Shown here piece after piece: positions 1-11,743 of a stretch of DNA of 64,000 nt. The DNA is from Planctomycetota bacterium. Lineage in GTDB: Bacteria; Planctomycetota; UBA11346. Position 1 is the stretch's first letter. Each line of letters opens with the position of its first letter. Under the pieces are notes generated by a model. That model worked only from the letters and a program-made list of their open reading frames with translations. It searched no databases and was not told where the DNA came from. The translations under genes were made by a program, and so were the position numbers. The stretch covers positions 32,001 to 96,000 of the forward strand of contig JBBRLJ010000012.1 in the NCBI GenBank assembly GCA_038231435.1. The letters run 5' to 3'.

Positions 1-471
1 GTCATTGATGAACGCTTGATGGGCTTTCACCTTCGCGCCATTCGACGTGCCTGCTGCAGCCGCGGGTCCAGGTGTGGATCCAGGTGGTGTAGAAGACGCG
101 GGCGCATGCCACTTCGCCGGCAACGTCACGTTCGTCGGTCCATTGGCCTGGTCGTCATTTCCCGTGGATGGCGCTGGCATGGTGATGGTGACATCTCCGC
201 CATCAGCGTCCGAGCGCGGGTGCCAATCGTAGGAGCGCGCCGCATCCTTGGGCACATGCCGCCAGGTGAAGCGCAGCCGCGTCAGCTTCGCCCAGGCGTC
301 GACGCCCGCCGCCGTGGCGACCAACGGGGCGAGCACGCTGGAAGCTGGCGCAGGCGCCGCTGAGGTCGCGGTGGGAGCCGGCGCGGGGGCGGGAATGGCT
401 CCATCCTCGGCAAGGAGCGGACCCGACAGGGCGAGCATGAAAGCGGTACAGTGGCGACGGCGATGGGTCAT
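1..471 (-). CDS. Hypothetical exported protein, runs off the window edge (3' end missing)
   Basis: Read manually on the minus strand (not in the ORF track): MTHRRRHCTAFMLALSGPLLAEDG...AGVDAWAKLTRLRFTWRH...SYDWHP...AHQAFIND. Open to position 1, with a signal-peptide-like N-terminus and a Pro/Ala linker. Confidence 0.65.
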   Translation of the reverse strand, partial: MTHRRRHCTAFMLALSGPLLAEDGAIPAPAPAPTATSAAPAPASSVLAPLVATAAGVDAWAKLTRLRFTWRHVPKDAARSYDWHPRSDADGGDVTITMPAPSTGNDDQANGPTNVTLPAKWHAPASSTPPGSTPGPAAAAGTSNGAKVKAHQAFIND

Positions 472-629
472 GAAGGTCTCCGGGGTTCAGGGTCCGCTGC
501 CGTGGCGCGATCGTTAGAGTGTAGCCGCTGCCGCTCCCAAGGGCATCGTGGAGTCCAGACCAAACAACCTCATATCGACAATCTGTTTCCATATTACGTG
601 TCCAATCGACACGAGATAAGCCTCCTGCG

Positions 630-646
630 TTGGCATGCAGTGCGCT
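630..646 (+). promoter_or_regulatory. Possible sigma-54-type promoter for clpB
   Basis: TTGGCATG-CAGT-GCGCT gives GG-N10-GC spacing about 32 nt before the ATG at 678. The -12 element deviates from TTGC. Confidence 0.25.
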
Positions 647-677
647 TCGGACCTCCACCAGCCAATCAGGGGACACC

Positions 678-3284
<2,607 letters not shown>

Positions 3285-3475
3285 CCCAGTCGTTGCGAAC
3301 GACTCACGTGCGCGACGCGCGGACGCGGATGCCGGCGAGGGGGTGACTGCTACCCCGCGCGGGCCGGGCCCGAGGACGGGGACATTCGCGAATTTCTTCG
3401 ATGGTTCGCGCTGGAAACCAGCGCTGGGGCGCCAGACTGGTAGTCCACCGTCCCAGCCGGACAGCGGAGCCCTCG

Positions 3476-6400
3476 ATGCGCATTTCGAAATCCTGTCGCC
3501 GCACGCTCGCCGCGATCCGCTGTGCTGCCATCGCCGTGGCGGTGATCGCACTTCCGGGGACCGCCCAGGCGAGCGAATGGCACGACGCGCTCGCGTCTGG
3601 CGCGGATGCCCAGCGCCAGCTGCGCGCCGCAGCGCCGAGCGTTCGCGTCATCTCCGACGCGGCCTCGGGCACGGTGCGCAGCCTGGTCTCGCCCGACGCC
3701 GTGCTGGCGACTCCCGATTCGCTGCCGCTGCCGGCCTTCGCGCGCGCCGACGATCCGCATCGGGTAGTCAGGTCCTTCGTCGCCCGCTACGCCGCGCTCT
3801 TCGGCGGCGATGAGCGACTGCTCGAGGATGCCACCGTCGAGCGCGATTACGTTTCGGCGCACAATGGCCTGCGCACCGTGGTGTGGTCGCAGCAGGTGGG
3901 CGGCATCCCGGTTCAGGATGGCCGATTCGTTGCCAACATCGCCGGCGATGGCTCGCTGTTGTCGATTTCGAACCGCTGCATGCCGCATGTCGCGCTCGCC
4001 GCAGCGCTCGCCCGCCCGTCGCCCGCGCTGACGGCGGCGCAGGCGGTCGCCGCCGCCATCGGCGCCGATGCCGGATCGATCAGCACCAACTCCGATGCGG
4101 CCGGAGCTGCGCAGGCGCAATCGTTCACCTCCGCGGGCGCACGCGGCGGCATAGACGCGCGACTGACCTGGGCCCGCGCGGGAGGCGCCCTGCGCCTGGC
4201 CTGGGAAGTCACCGCCGCCGACGAGCGCGGCGCCATGACCTGGCTGTCGACGATCGACGCCCAGGACGCGACGGTGCTCTCGCGCCGCTGCCTCACGAAG
4301 TCCTTCATGTCCGCCGAGCGCGCGGCGCAGCTCTCGGCCCAGATCCTGGCCGCGGGAAAACCGGGTACGGCACTGGCCGGCACGGCGTCCTCGTTGGCTC
4401 CAGCAATCCAGCAGCCGGCGCCTGCATCGCTCACCATGCCAACCTTCCCGACGACGCCCAGCCTCAGCACCCAGTCGCTGTCGCTGCTGGTCTTCGCCCA
4501 GGAGAGCCCGACGCCGATGCTGCCCGGATTGTCCTCGGCGTCGTCCGCGCAGCCGGCCGCGGTCGCCAGGGTGGCGGTGTCTGGTCCGGGCTCGACCACG
4601 GCGTCGCCGAACAACTGGATCAACGACGGAGTGACCATCACCGTCGGCAACAACGTCGACGCGCATCCCGACGCCAACGGCGACAACGTGGCCGATTCGC
4701 ATCCGAGCGGCGGCGGTCCACAGGGCCGTGATTTCACTCCAGCGATCGATCTCACCCAGGCGCCCTCGACCTACACCGATGCGGCGGTGGTGAATGTGTT
4801 CTACTGGTGCAATGTGATGCACGACCGACTGTATCTCCTCGGTTTCGACGAGGCAGCCGGCAATTTCCAGGCGACGAATTTTGGCCGCGGGGGCATCGGT
4901 GGCGACGCGGTGCAGGCGGATGCACAGGACTCCAGCGGCCTGCCCAGCCCACCGCTCGACAACGCCAACTTCTCGACCTCGGTCGACGGGACCTCGGCGC
5001 GGATGCAGATGTACGACTTCAGCGGTGGTCGCGACGGCGATCTCGACGCCACCGTCGTCTGCCACGAATACACCCACGGCCTGAGCACCAGGCTGGTGGG
5101 CAGTGGCGACGCATTGAATTCGCTGCAGGCCGCGGGCATGGGCGAAGGCTGGTCGGACTTCTACGCGCTCTCGATCCTGGTCCCCAGCGGCGCCGACCCC
5201 AACGCCTGCTACCCGGTCGGCGCCTACGCCATCAAGGGCCTGTCCGCTTTTCCGGACAATTACTTCACCGGCATCCGCCGCAATCCCTACAGCACCGACC
5301 TGACCAAGAGCCCGTTGACGCTCGACGCCCTCACCGGCTCCCCCGAGGTGCACGACATGGGCGAGATCTGGTGCAACGCTCTGTGGCAGGGACGGGCCAA
5401 TCTGATCGCGCGGCTCGGCGATCCGGCGGGCAACACCCGCATGCTGCAGCTGGTGACCGACGCGATGCGCCTGACCCCCGACGATCCCAGCTACATCCAG
5501 GCGCGCGACGCGATCATCCAGGCGGATATGGTCGATTTCGCCGGTGCCGATCTGCGCGACCTGTGGTCGGCGTTCGCCAAGCGCGGCATGGGGCCCAATG
5601 CCGAGATCCGCGACGCGAACGGCGTGTTCCCGATCACCCAGGACACGGCTCCGATCGGCGACCTGTTCGCGTCCCCCGGCACCTACTACGACTCTGGGGT
5701 CCCTGGCGACGGCTTCGCCGGACGCTCGAAGGCGTACACGGTGCGCAATCTCGGTGCCACGACACTGGACTGGAGTGCGAGCTCCAACCAGGGCTGGGTG
5801 ACGGTGATCCCGTCATCGGGAACGCTGGCGCCAGGTGCGACCGCCACCGTTCAGATGACCCTGACCGCGGCGGCGGCAGCGCTCCCATCCGGAGCCCATC
5901 TCGCCGACGTCACCTTCGCCAACACCACCAACGCCAGTGGCACCAGTATTCGAGCCGCGCACCTAGATGTCGGCGGCACCTACGTTGCGACGGCAACGAC
6001 CTTCGCGTGGCTGACGCCAGCCGCGCCTGTCTCGCTGACGCTCGCCGACGACGCGTTCTCAGCCGCACAGGCGCTGCCCTTCACGTTCACGTTCTATGGC
6101 TCGCCCGAGACCTCCCTGTACGTCGGTTCGAACGGATTGGTGTCGTTCAACACCCCGACGGCCCAGCAGGGAACCTTCTCGTCGAGCAACCAGGCGCTCG
6201 GCGATCCCACGACGATCAACGGCCTGATCTGCCCGCTGTGGTACGATTTCAACCCCGCCGTCGGCTCGCCCGCCATCACCGTCGGTACCACCGGCATCGC
6301 GCCGAACCGCACCTATGTGATCACCTGGGGCAACCTGCGCGCCTTCGGCCGTCCAGCTGGCGAGGAATTCTCGTTCCAAATCCAGCTCAAGGAGGGCTCC

Positions 6401-6778
6401 ACCGACATCGTCTGCGCCTACCAGCAGGTGCGGCCGACGCTGTCCTACGGCGGGGGCAAGCTCGGCACCATCGGCGTCGAGCACCAGGGCGGCCTGCTCG
6501 CCACTACCTACGATGTCGACGGCACCGCCCGGGTCGGCAACAGCTCGGGGCTGCGCTTCACCTACGGCATCCCGCCGACGACTCCAGCGCCGGGAGCCGC
6601 GGTCGCAACGTCGCACAAGAAGAAATGCGGCCATGGGCTCGGCATCGCCGTGGTGCTGTCGCTGCTGCTGCTTGGCGCCGCCCGGAGGCGTCACGGCCCG
6701 CCAGCGGAGGTCGACGGGGACGATCGCGCGGGCGATCTTCCGGGCGAGATTCCCGCAGATGGTTCAACGCACCGCTGA
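3476..6778 (+). CDS. Secreted M36 (fungalysin) family metallopeptidase with propeptide, BACON-like Ig domain, C-terminal beta domain and membrane-anchor tail
   Basis: Signal peptide, FTP/PepSY-like prodomain, NVFYWCNVMHD..YLLGFDEAAGNFQ, HEYTH zinc motif, GMGEGWSD, EVHDMGEIW, AFAKRGMG, WVTVIPSSGTLAPG, C-terminal KKKCG + TM helix + RRR. Confidence 0.9.
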   Translation: MRISKSCRRTLAAIRCAAIAVAVIALPGTAQASEWHDALASGADAQRQLRAAAPSVRVISDAASGTVRSLVSPDAVLATPDSLPLPAFARADDPHRVVRSFVARYAALFGGDERLLEDATVERDYVSAHNGLRTVVWSQQVGGIPVQDGRFVANIAGDGSLLSISNRCMPHVALAAALARPSPALTAAQAVAAAIGADAGSISTNSDAAGAAQAQSFTSAGARGGIDARLTWARAGGALRLAWEVTAADERGAMTWLSTIDAQDATVLSRRCLTKSFMSAERAAQLSAQILAAGKPGTALAGTASSLAPAIQQPAPASLTMPTFPTTPSLSTQSLSLLVFAQESPTPMLPGLSSASSAQPAAVARVAVSGPGSTTASPNNWINDGVTITVGNNVDAHPDANGDNVADSHPSGGGPQGRDFTPAIDLTQAPSTYTDAAVVNVFYWCNVMHDRLYLLGFDEAAGNFQATNFGRGGIGGDAVQADAQDSSGLPSPPLDNANFSTSVDGTSARMQMYDFSGGRDGDLDATVVCHEYTHGLSTRLVGSGDALNSLQAAGMGEGWSDFYALSILVPSGADPNACYPVGAYAIKGLSAFPDNYFTGIRRNPYSTDLTKSPLTLDALTGSPEVHDMGEIWCNALWQGRANLIARLGDPAGNTRMLQLVTDAMRLTPDDPSYIQARDAIIQADMVDFAGADLRDLWSAFAKRGMGPNAEIRDANGVFPITQDTAPIGDLFASPGTYYDSGVPGDGFAGRSKAYTVRNLGATTLDWSASSNQGWVTVIPSSGTLAPGATATVQMTLTAAAAALPSGAHLADVTFANTTNASGTSIRAAHLDVGGTYVATATTFAWLTPAAPVSLTLADDAFSAAQALPFTFTFYGSPETSLYVGSNGLVSFNTPTAQQGTFSSSNQALGDPTTINGLICPLWYDFNPAVGSPAITVGTTGIAPNRTYVITWGNLRAFGRPAGEEFSFQIQLKEGSTDIVCAYQQVRPTLSYGGGKLGTIGVEHQGGLLATTYDVDGTARVGNSSGLRFTYGIPPTTPAPGAAVATSHKKKCGHGLGIAVVLSLLLLGAARRRHGPPAEVDGDDRAGDLPGEIPADGSTHR

Positions 6779-7318
6779 ACACACTGCATCGAACAGCTGA
6801 GCGACCTGGTCGCGCACGATCAGCAGGTCGCGGTGCGCGGGTCGCAGGAAGCCTTCCGCCACGGAGTGGTCGAGGAAGCGCAGCAGGTGGTCGTAGTAGC
6901 CATCCTCGTTGAGCAGGCCGACCGGCTTGGCGTGGATGTCGAGCTGCGCCCAGGTGAGGATCTCGCTGAGTTCCTCGAGCGTGCCCATGCCGCCCGGCAG
7001 GGCGATGAAGGCGTCGGCGAGCTGGGCCATGGTCGCCTTGCGTTCATGCATGGTGTCGACCACGCGCAGATCCTGCAGACCGGTGTGCGCGACCTCGAGA
7101 TCGACCAGCACCTGCGGGATCACGCCCACCACCTCGCCGCCGGCCTGTAGCACCGCGTCGGCGACGGCGCCCATCAGGCCGATGTTGCCGGCGCCGTAGA
7201 CCAGCGCGATGCGCCGGGATGCCATCAGGCCACCGAGCTCGATCGCCGCACCCTGGTAGCGGTGGCGCGCGCCGAGAGATGACCCGCAGTAAACGCAGAT
7301 GCGGCGCAAGGGAGTCAT
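6764..7318 (-). CDS. LOG family (TIGR00730) nucleotide phosphoribohydrolase
   Basis: ICVYCGSS, LVYGAGNIGLMG, MHERKA, ALPGGMGTLEEL. Confidence 0.93.
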   Translation of the reverse strand: MTPLRRICVYCGSSLGARHRYQGAAIELGGLMASRRIALVYGAGNIGLMGAVADAVLQAGGEVVGVIPQVLVDLEVAHTGLQDLRVVDTMHERKATMAQLADAFIALPGGMGTLEELSEILTWAQLDIHAKPVGLLNEDGYYDHLLRFLDHSVAEGFLRPAHRDLLIVRDQVAQLFDAVCSAVR

Positions 7319-7474
7319 GAGCGGTGGTCTCGAGGGTGATCGTGGTGAACCATCTTGTGGGTGGAAATCTCCGATCCGTCTTCCGGCCATCAACCGAGAA
7401 CCGTCAACCAAGAATCATCGACCAGGCCGCCGGCCGTCCCTGGCCCGCGACGTTCCCCGCGTAGAGTGGCGAGC

Positions 7475-8119
7475 ATGCGCAGGATCCTGCTCGTAGGTGG
7501 AGCGCCCCGTGTCCAGGTGGATGCGGTCCGCTACCTGTGTGTCAGCGCGACCGGCGCCACCGCGGTGGCGCTGCGCGCGCGCCTCGGTTCGCTCGGCCGG
7601 CGCGACGTGGATCTGCTGCTCGCCAGCGACGCGGCTCCCGCGGCCGACGCCATCCGCTTCGCAACCCGCGATGAGCTCGACCGCGCGCTGCGTGGGTGGA
7701 TCGGCGCGCATGCCGATGGCGTGGTGGTGATGTCGGCGGCGGTGAACGACTACGAGCTCGCGGCGGTCGACGAGGTACGGAGCGGGCAGGCGACGCGCAT
7801 CGCTCCCGGAACCAAGGCGCAATCGGGCGCTGATGAATTGGTCATCCGCCTGCGCCCGGCGGCCAAGCTCATCGACCAGTTGCGGGGCTGGGGACTCACT
7901 GGGCCGCTCGTCGGCTTCAAGTACGAGGACCGTGACACCGTGCTCGCTTCGGCCGAGGCCCTGCGCCGGCGGGTGGGCGCCGAGCTGGTGGTCGCCAACA
8001 GCCTGTGCGGCGAGCTCCAGGCGCTGGTGGACGCCTCGGGAGCCACCGAATCGCCTGGCCGGGAAGCCCTGCTGTCAGCTCTCGCGCGGCGCCTCGCCAA
8101 TCTCGCCGCGAAGACGTGA
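7475..8119 (+). CDS. coaB: Stand-alone phosphopantothenate-cysteine ligase (CoaB half of CoaBC)
   Basis: ILLVGG.....D.VRYL..SATG, MSAAVNDY, LVGFKYE, VVANS. There is no CoaC flavoprotein domain. Confidence 0.72.
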   Translation: MRRILLVGGAPRVQVDAVRYLCVSATGATAVALRARLGSLGRRDVDLLLASDAAPAADAIRFATRDELDRALRGWIGAHADGVVVMSAAVNDYELAAVDEVRSGQATRIAPGTKAQSGADELVIRLRPAAKLIDQLRGWGLTGPLVGFKYEDRDTVLASAEALRRRVGAELVVANSLCGELQALVDASGATESPGREALLSALARRLANLAAKT

Positions 8120-8252
8120 GCTCATTCAAGCCGATGTGACGGCTCGGGATCCGTCTCATCAGCCGACACGCGCGCGGCGCTAAGTGCCGCTTTCCTCGAG
8201 GCGAAAACCCTCCAATCTCGCCATCAGCCCAGCCACGGCACAGTTGGAGCAT

Positions 8253-9839
8253 ATGTCGGTCACCCCCACACCCCTGCGCAGCCCGTCGATCGCTCCGGTC
8301 AACCCGGACGCGCGGGGGGGCGCTCGTCACGAGCGGGGCATGTCCGGGGACCTGGTCGATCGCCTGCCGATCGGGGTGGTGGTGTTTGCGGCCGATGGCC
8401 GCCTCATCCAGGTCAATCCGATGGGGCATCTGCTGCTCGGCCAGGATGTCGCGCTCCATGAGACCCGCGATGAACTGCTGGCGCGCCTCGATCCAGGCTG
8501 CGCCGAGCTCGGCCGTGCCGCCCCCGGCACGCGCCAGGTGGTCATCTCGGGTGGCAAGCTGATCGAGGTCGAGATCCATCCCACCACCGACGGCGGCCTG
8601 ATGTGGCTGATGCAGGACAAGAGCTCAGAGATGCGCCTGCGCTCGCAGCTCACCGAGGAGGCCAGCTTCCTCGCGCACAGTCACGAGGCGTTCATGGTCG
8701 TCGACCAGAACGGCTTCATCCGCTACGCCAACCAGTTCTGCGAGCGCGAGCGCGGCTACGAGCCCAACGGCCTGATCGGCCGCAATCTCGCGCAGATCGA
8801 GCGCACCTGCAGCCCGACCTACGAGGATCCGGTCGAGGTCTCCGGAGCCGACCTGCGCACGCGCCTGCAGGGGGTGGTGAAGGACGGCGGCCCGCTGTCC
8901 TACACCGCATGGCACCGCCGTCTCGACGGCGACGAGCTCCCGGTAGAGGTCAGCATGCGGCCCCACCGCATGAGCTACGAGACGGTGGTCCTCTTGATCG
9001 CCCGCGACGACAGCCGCCGCCTGATGCATCTGCAGGCGCTGGTCAACGCCAAGGCCGACGCCGAGGCTGCGAGCCGCGCCAAGTCGGCGTTCCTCGCCGT
9101 CACCAGCCACGAGCTGCGCACGCCGCTCACCGGCATCATGGGATTCTGCGAATTGCTGCAGCTCGAGTTCGGCGACACTGCGCAGGACACCGCTGCGCGC
9201 TACCTGCAGCTGATCACCGAATCGTCGCAGTCGCTGCTCGCCATCATCAACGACATCGTCGACATCTCGAAGATCGAGGCGCGCACCCTCGAGATCCGCG
9301 CGACCAACGTCGACGTCGACCAGGCCATCGACATGACCGCCCAGCTGTGGGCGAAGCGCGCCGAGGCGAAGGGCCTGAAGCTCACGCGCACGCCGTCGAC
9401 GGGCACGCCGTCGACGATCACCACCGACAGCCAGCGCCTGCGCCAGATGCTCGACAACCTGGTGTCCAACGCGGTCAAGTTCACCGACAAGGGCGAGATC
9501 ACCCTGGCGCTCGACTACCGGCAGGACGGCATCGAGATCACCGTCTCGGACAGCGGCTGCGGCATCGCCGAGGAGATCGGCGAGCGCGTCTTCCATGCCT
9601 TCTGGCAGGCGGCGGATCACCACACCCGCGCCGCCGGCGGCAACGGCCTCGGCCTCTATATCTGCAAGAGCTTGGCCGAGCTGCTCGGCGGCAAGGTCAT
9701 CCTGCACAGCTCATCGAATGCCGGCAGCGTGTTCAAGCTGCGCCTGCCGCAGTCGTGCGTGCTGCGGCCCAACGCGCGCTTGATGAAGTCCGACGTATGG
9801 ATCCGCACCGCCAAGGGCCTGGAATCCGCGCGGAAGTAA
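8253..9839 (+). CDS. PAS-domain sensor histidine kinase (orphan, cytoplasmic)
   Basis: Two PAS-like regions, H-box SHELRTPL, N-box NLVSNAVKFT, DSGCGI, GNGLGL. GGAG RBS before ATG 8253. No adjacent response regulator. Confidence 0.92.
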   Translation: MSVTPTPLRSPSIAPVNPDARGGARHERGMSGDLVDRLPIGVVVFAADGRLIQVNPMGHLLLGQDVALHETRDELLARLDPGCAELGRAAPGTRQVVISGGKLIEVEIHPTTDGGLMWLMQDKSSEMRLRSQLTEEASFLAHSHEAFMVVDQNGFIRYANQFCERERGYEPNGLIGRNLAQIERTCSPTYEDPVEVSGADLRTRLQGVVKDGGPLSYTAWHRRLDGDELPVEVSMRPHRMSYETVVLLIARDDSRRLMHLQALVNAKADAEAASRAKSAFLAVTSHELRTPLTGIMGFCELLQLEFGDTAQDTAARYLQLITESSQSLLAIINDIVDISKIEARTLEIRATNVDVDQAIDMTAQLWAKRAEAKGLKLTRTPSTGTPSTITTDSQRLRQMLDNLVSNAVKFTDKGEITLALDYRQDGIEITVSDSGCGIAEEIGERVFHAFWQAADHHTRAAGGNGLGLYICKSLAELLGGKVILHSSSNAGSVFKLRLPQSCVLRPNARLMKSDVWIRTAKGLESARK

Positions 9840-9899
9840 GCCGCATGGCTAGGTCGGCGCCAGCCGCGGGCCCGCAGCGCGTCTCGTTTCGTGGTGATC

Positions 9900-11660
9900 T
9901 CAGCGCACCGTTTCGCGGGCCACCGGCTCGGCGGGGCCGATGCTCGCGGAGTCGCTGGCGAAGAGGGCCCTGATCGCCTTACCCGGTTCGCCGGACCAGC
10001 GCAGCTGCTCCTCGGCCTTGTCGGGGGCTCCGGTGGCGAAGTCGAAGAAGGCGGCAAGCGCGTGGTCATCCTCTGAGCCACCGCGCGCGAGGGCTTCCGC
10101 CAAACCGCGGCGATCGTCCTTGGTGAGCGTCGCCCAGGGCAGCGTCAGGCGGGTGCCTTCCGATGACAGGGTCAGCGAGGCTCCGTCGGCATCCTCGAGG
10201 GTCGCGATGGCGTGCATGCTCGCGACCGCGAATTGCGGATGCTTCCTGGTCGTGGAGGCGCTGATCGCGCGCTGCTTGAGCAGGGCATCGCGTTCCGCGA
10301 GCGTCCGCGCATCGATCTGGGGGATCACGCGGAGCTCGGTCTGCGGCGCCTTCTGCGCCTGCGTCGTGGATGCGGAACCCTGCTGGGCGCGTTTCCGGTC
10401 CGCATCGGCCTTCGTTCTCGCAGCGATCGCGCCAGGCATGCGCCCGAGGGCGTCGAATGCGGGAGACCTGGCGCGTTGGCTGAACGAGACGTTCTCGCTG
10501 CGCGCTCCGGCAGGCACGCCGAATTCGGCGCGATTACCGTAGAATTCGCAGTTCGCGATCCGCACTGAAGTCTCGTGAGGAATGAACAGCGCCCCGGCCA
10601 TGATCGGCGCGCGGTTGTTGGCGAAGGTGCAGTCGGTGACGTGGAGATCGCAGTACTGGCTGTAGACGGCCCCGGCGAGGCCGAGGCCGTCGTCCTTGGG
10701 CTCGCCGACGCTGTTGCCCTCGAATATGCAGGCGTGGTAGATGCTGAGCGAGCCGAGTCCCGGACGGGTATACCCGAACACCGCGCCCGCGTGGTCGGCG
10801 GCGTGGTTATTGCGGAACAGGCAGCCGGCTATGTAGAGCTGCTTGGTGTCCGCCTGCAGATCGACGCCATCGACGTAGATGGCTCCGCCGATCCCGCCTT
10901 GGCCCTTCGGCCCTCGGTCGGCACCGCCGCCGGTGCCGAAGGCGACGTTGTCGGTGAAGCTGCAGTCGATGACCGTGAGTTGGCTGCCCAGGCTGCAGAT
11001 CGCCCCGCCGTTGGATCCAGCGCAATCGGTGAAGGTGCAACCGGAGACCTGGACATGGCGTTGGCCCGGCATGCGGAAGGCCCCGCCGCCGAGATCCGGC
11101 CCTGCGGCCGTGGTCTTGCAGTCCTCGAAGACGCAATCGATGGCGGTGAAGCGGCCGAACCACTTGTCGACGGCGATCGCCGCGCCCTCGTGCTCTGCGC
11201 GCGCGTGCGCGAAGCGCAGCCTCTGCACGGTCAGTTCGGTCTTCACGCCTTTGATCAGGATCGCCTGCTTGCCGCCGCCATCGAGGCTCACCAGGTTCAT
11301 GCCATCGAGGACCGTCGGCTTCGCTCCGGCGGGCAGCGTCATCTGCCTGGTCACGGTGATGGTCGCCGGCTTGCCGCCGGTGTTGAAGACGATGATGCCG
11401 CCATCGTCGAGCGCCTTTTGCAGAGCGTCCTGGGTTACGCTCGCGGGATCGCCGTTTCCGACCACGTGATCGGGATGGCTCGCGGTGTCGACCGGCTTCA
11501 GCGCCTCGATGACAACCGGCGGCATCGGCAGCGACGCAGCCGCGGACAAGGATGGATCCGCCGCGTGAGCGCACCCGCAAGCGATGCATGCCAGGATGAA
11601 CCCCGCCATGAAGCGGGCCGGTGCGGCCAAGGGGGACGATAGGGGTGAGCGGAGGCACAT
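9900..11660 (-). CDS. Exported right-handed beta-helix (pectin-lyase-like / Pmp GGAI-FxxN repeat) protein with C-terminal SHD1-like module
   Basis: Signal peptide, VVGNGDPAS, repeated GGAI/GAAI/GAVF and FxxN motifs, C-terminal LTLPWATLTKDDR followed by helices. Confidence 0.75.
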   Translation of the reverse strand: MCLRSPLSSPLAAPARFMAGFILACIACGCAHAADPSLSAAASLPMPPVVIEALKPVDTASHPDHVVGNGDPASVTQDALQKALDDGGIIVFNTGGKPATITVTRQMTLPAGAKPTVLDGMNLVSLDGGGKQAILIKGVKTELTVQRLRFAHARAEHEGAAIAVDKWFGRFTAIDCVFEDCKTTAAGPDLGGGAFRMPGQRHVQVSGCTFTDCAGSNGGAICSLGSQLTVIDCSFTDNVAFGTGGGADRGPKGQGGIGGAIYVDGVDLQADTKQLYIAGCLFRNNHAADHAGAVFGYTRPGLGSLSIYHACIFEGNSVGEPKDDGLGLAGAVYSQYCDLHVTDCTFANNRAPIMAGALFIPHETSVRIANCEFYGNRAEFGVPAGARSENVSFSQRARSPAFDALGRMPGAIAARTKADADRKRAQQGSASTTQAQKAPQTELRVIPQIDARTLAERDALLKQRAISASTTRKHPQFAVASMHAIATLEDADGASLTLSSEGTRLTLPWATLTKDDRRGLAEALARGGSEDDHALAAFFDFATGAPDKAEEQLRWSGEPGKAIRALFASDSASIGPAEPVARETVR

Positions 11661-11743
11661 GGTGCTGTCGTTCGTGGTTGCGGATGGGTCGGTGGGGAAC
11701 TGACGGTATCCGTGCGCTCGACAGGATTGTTACAGCCGATGAG

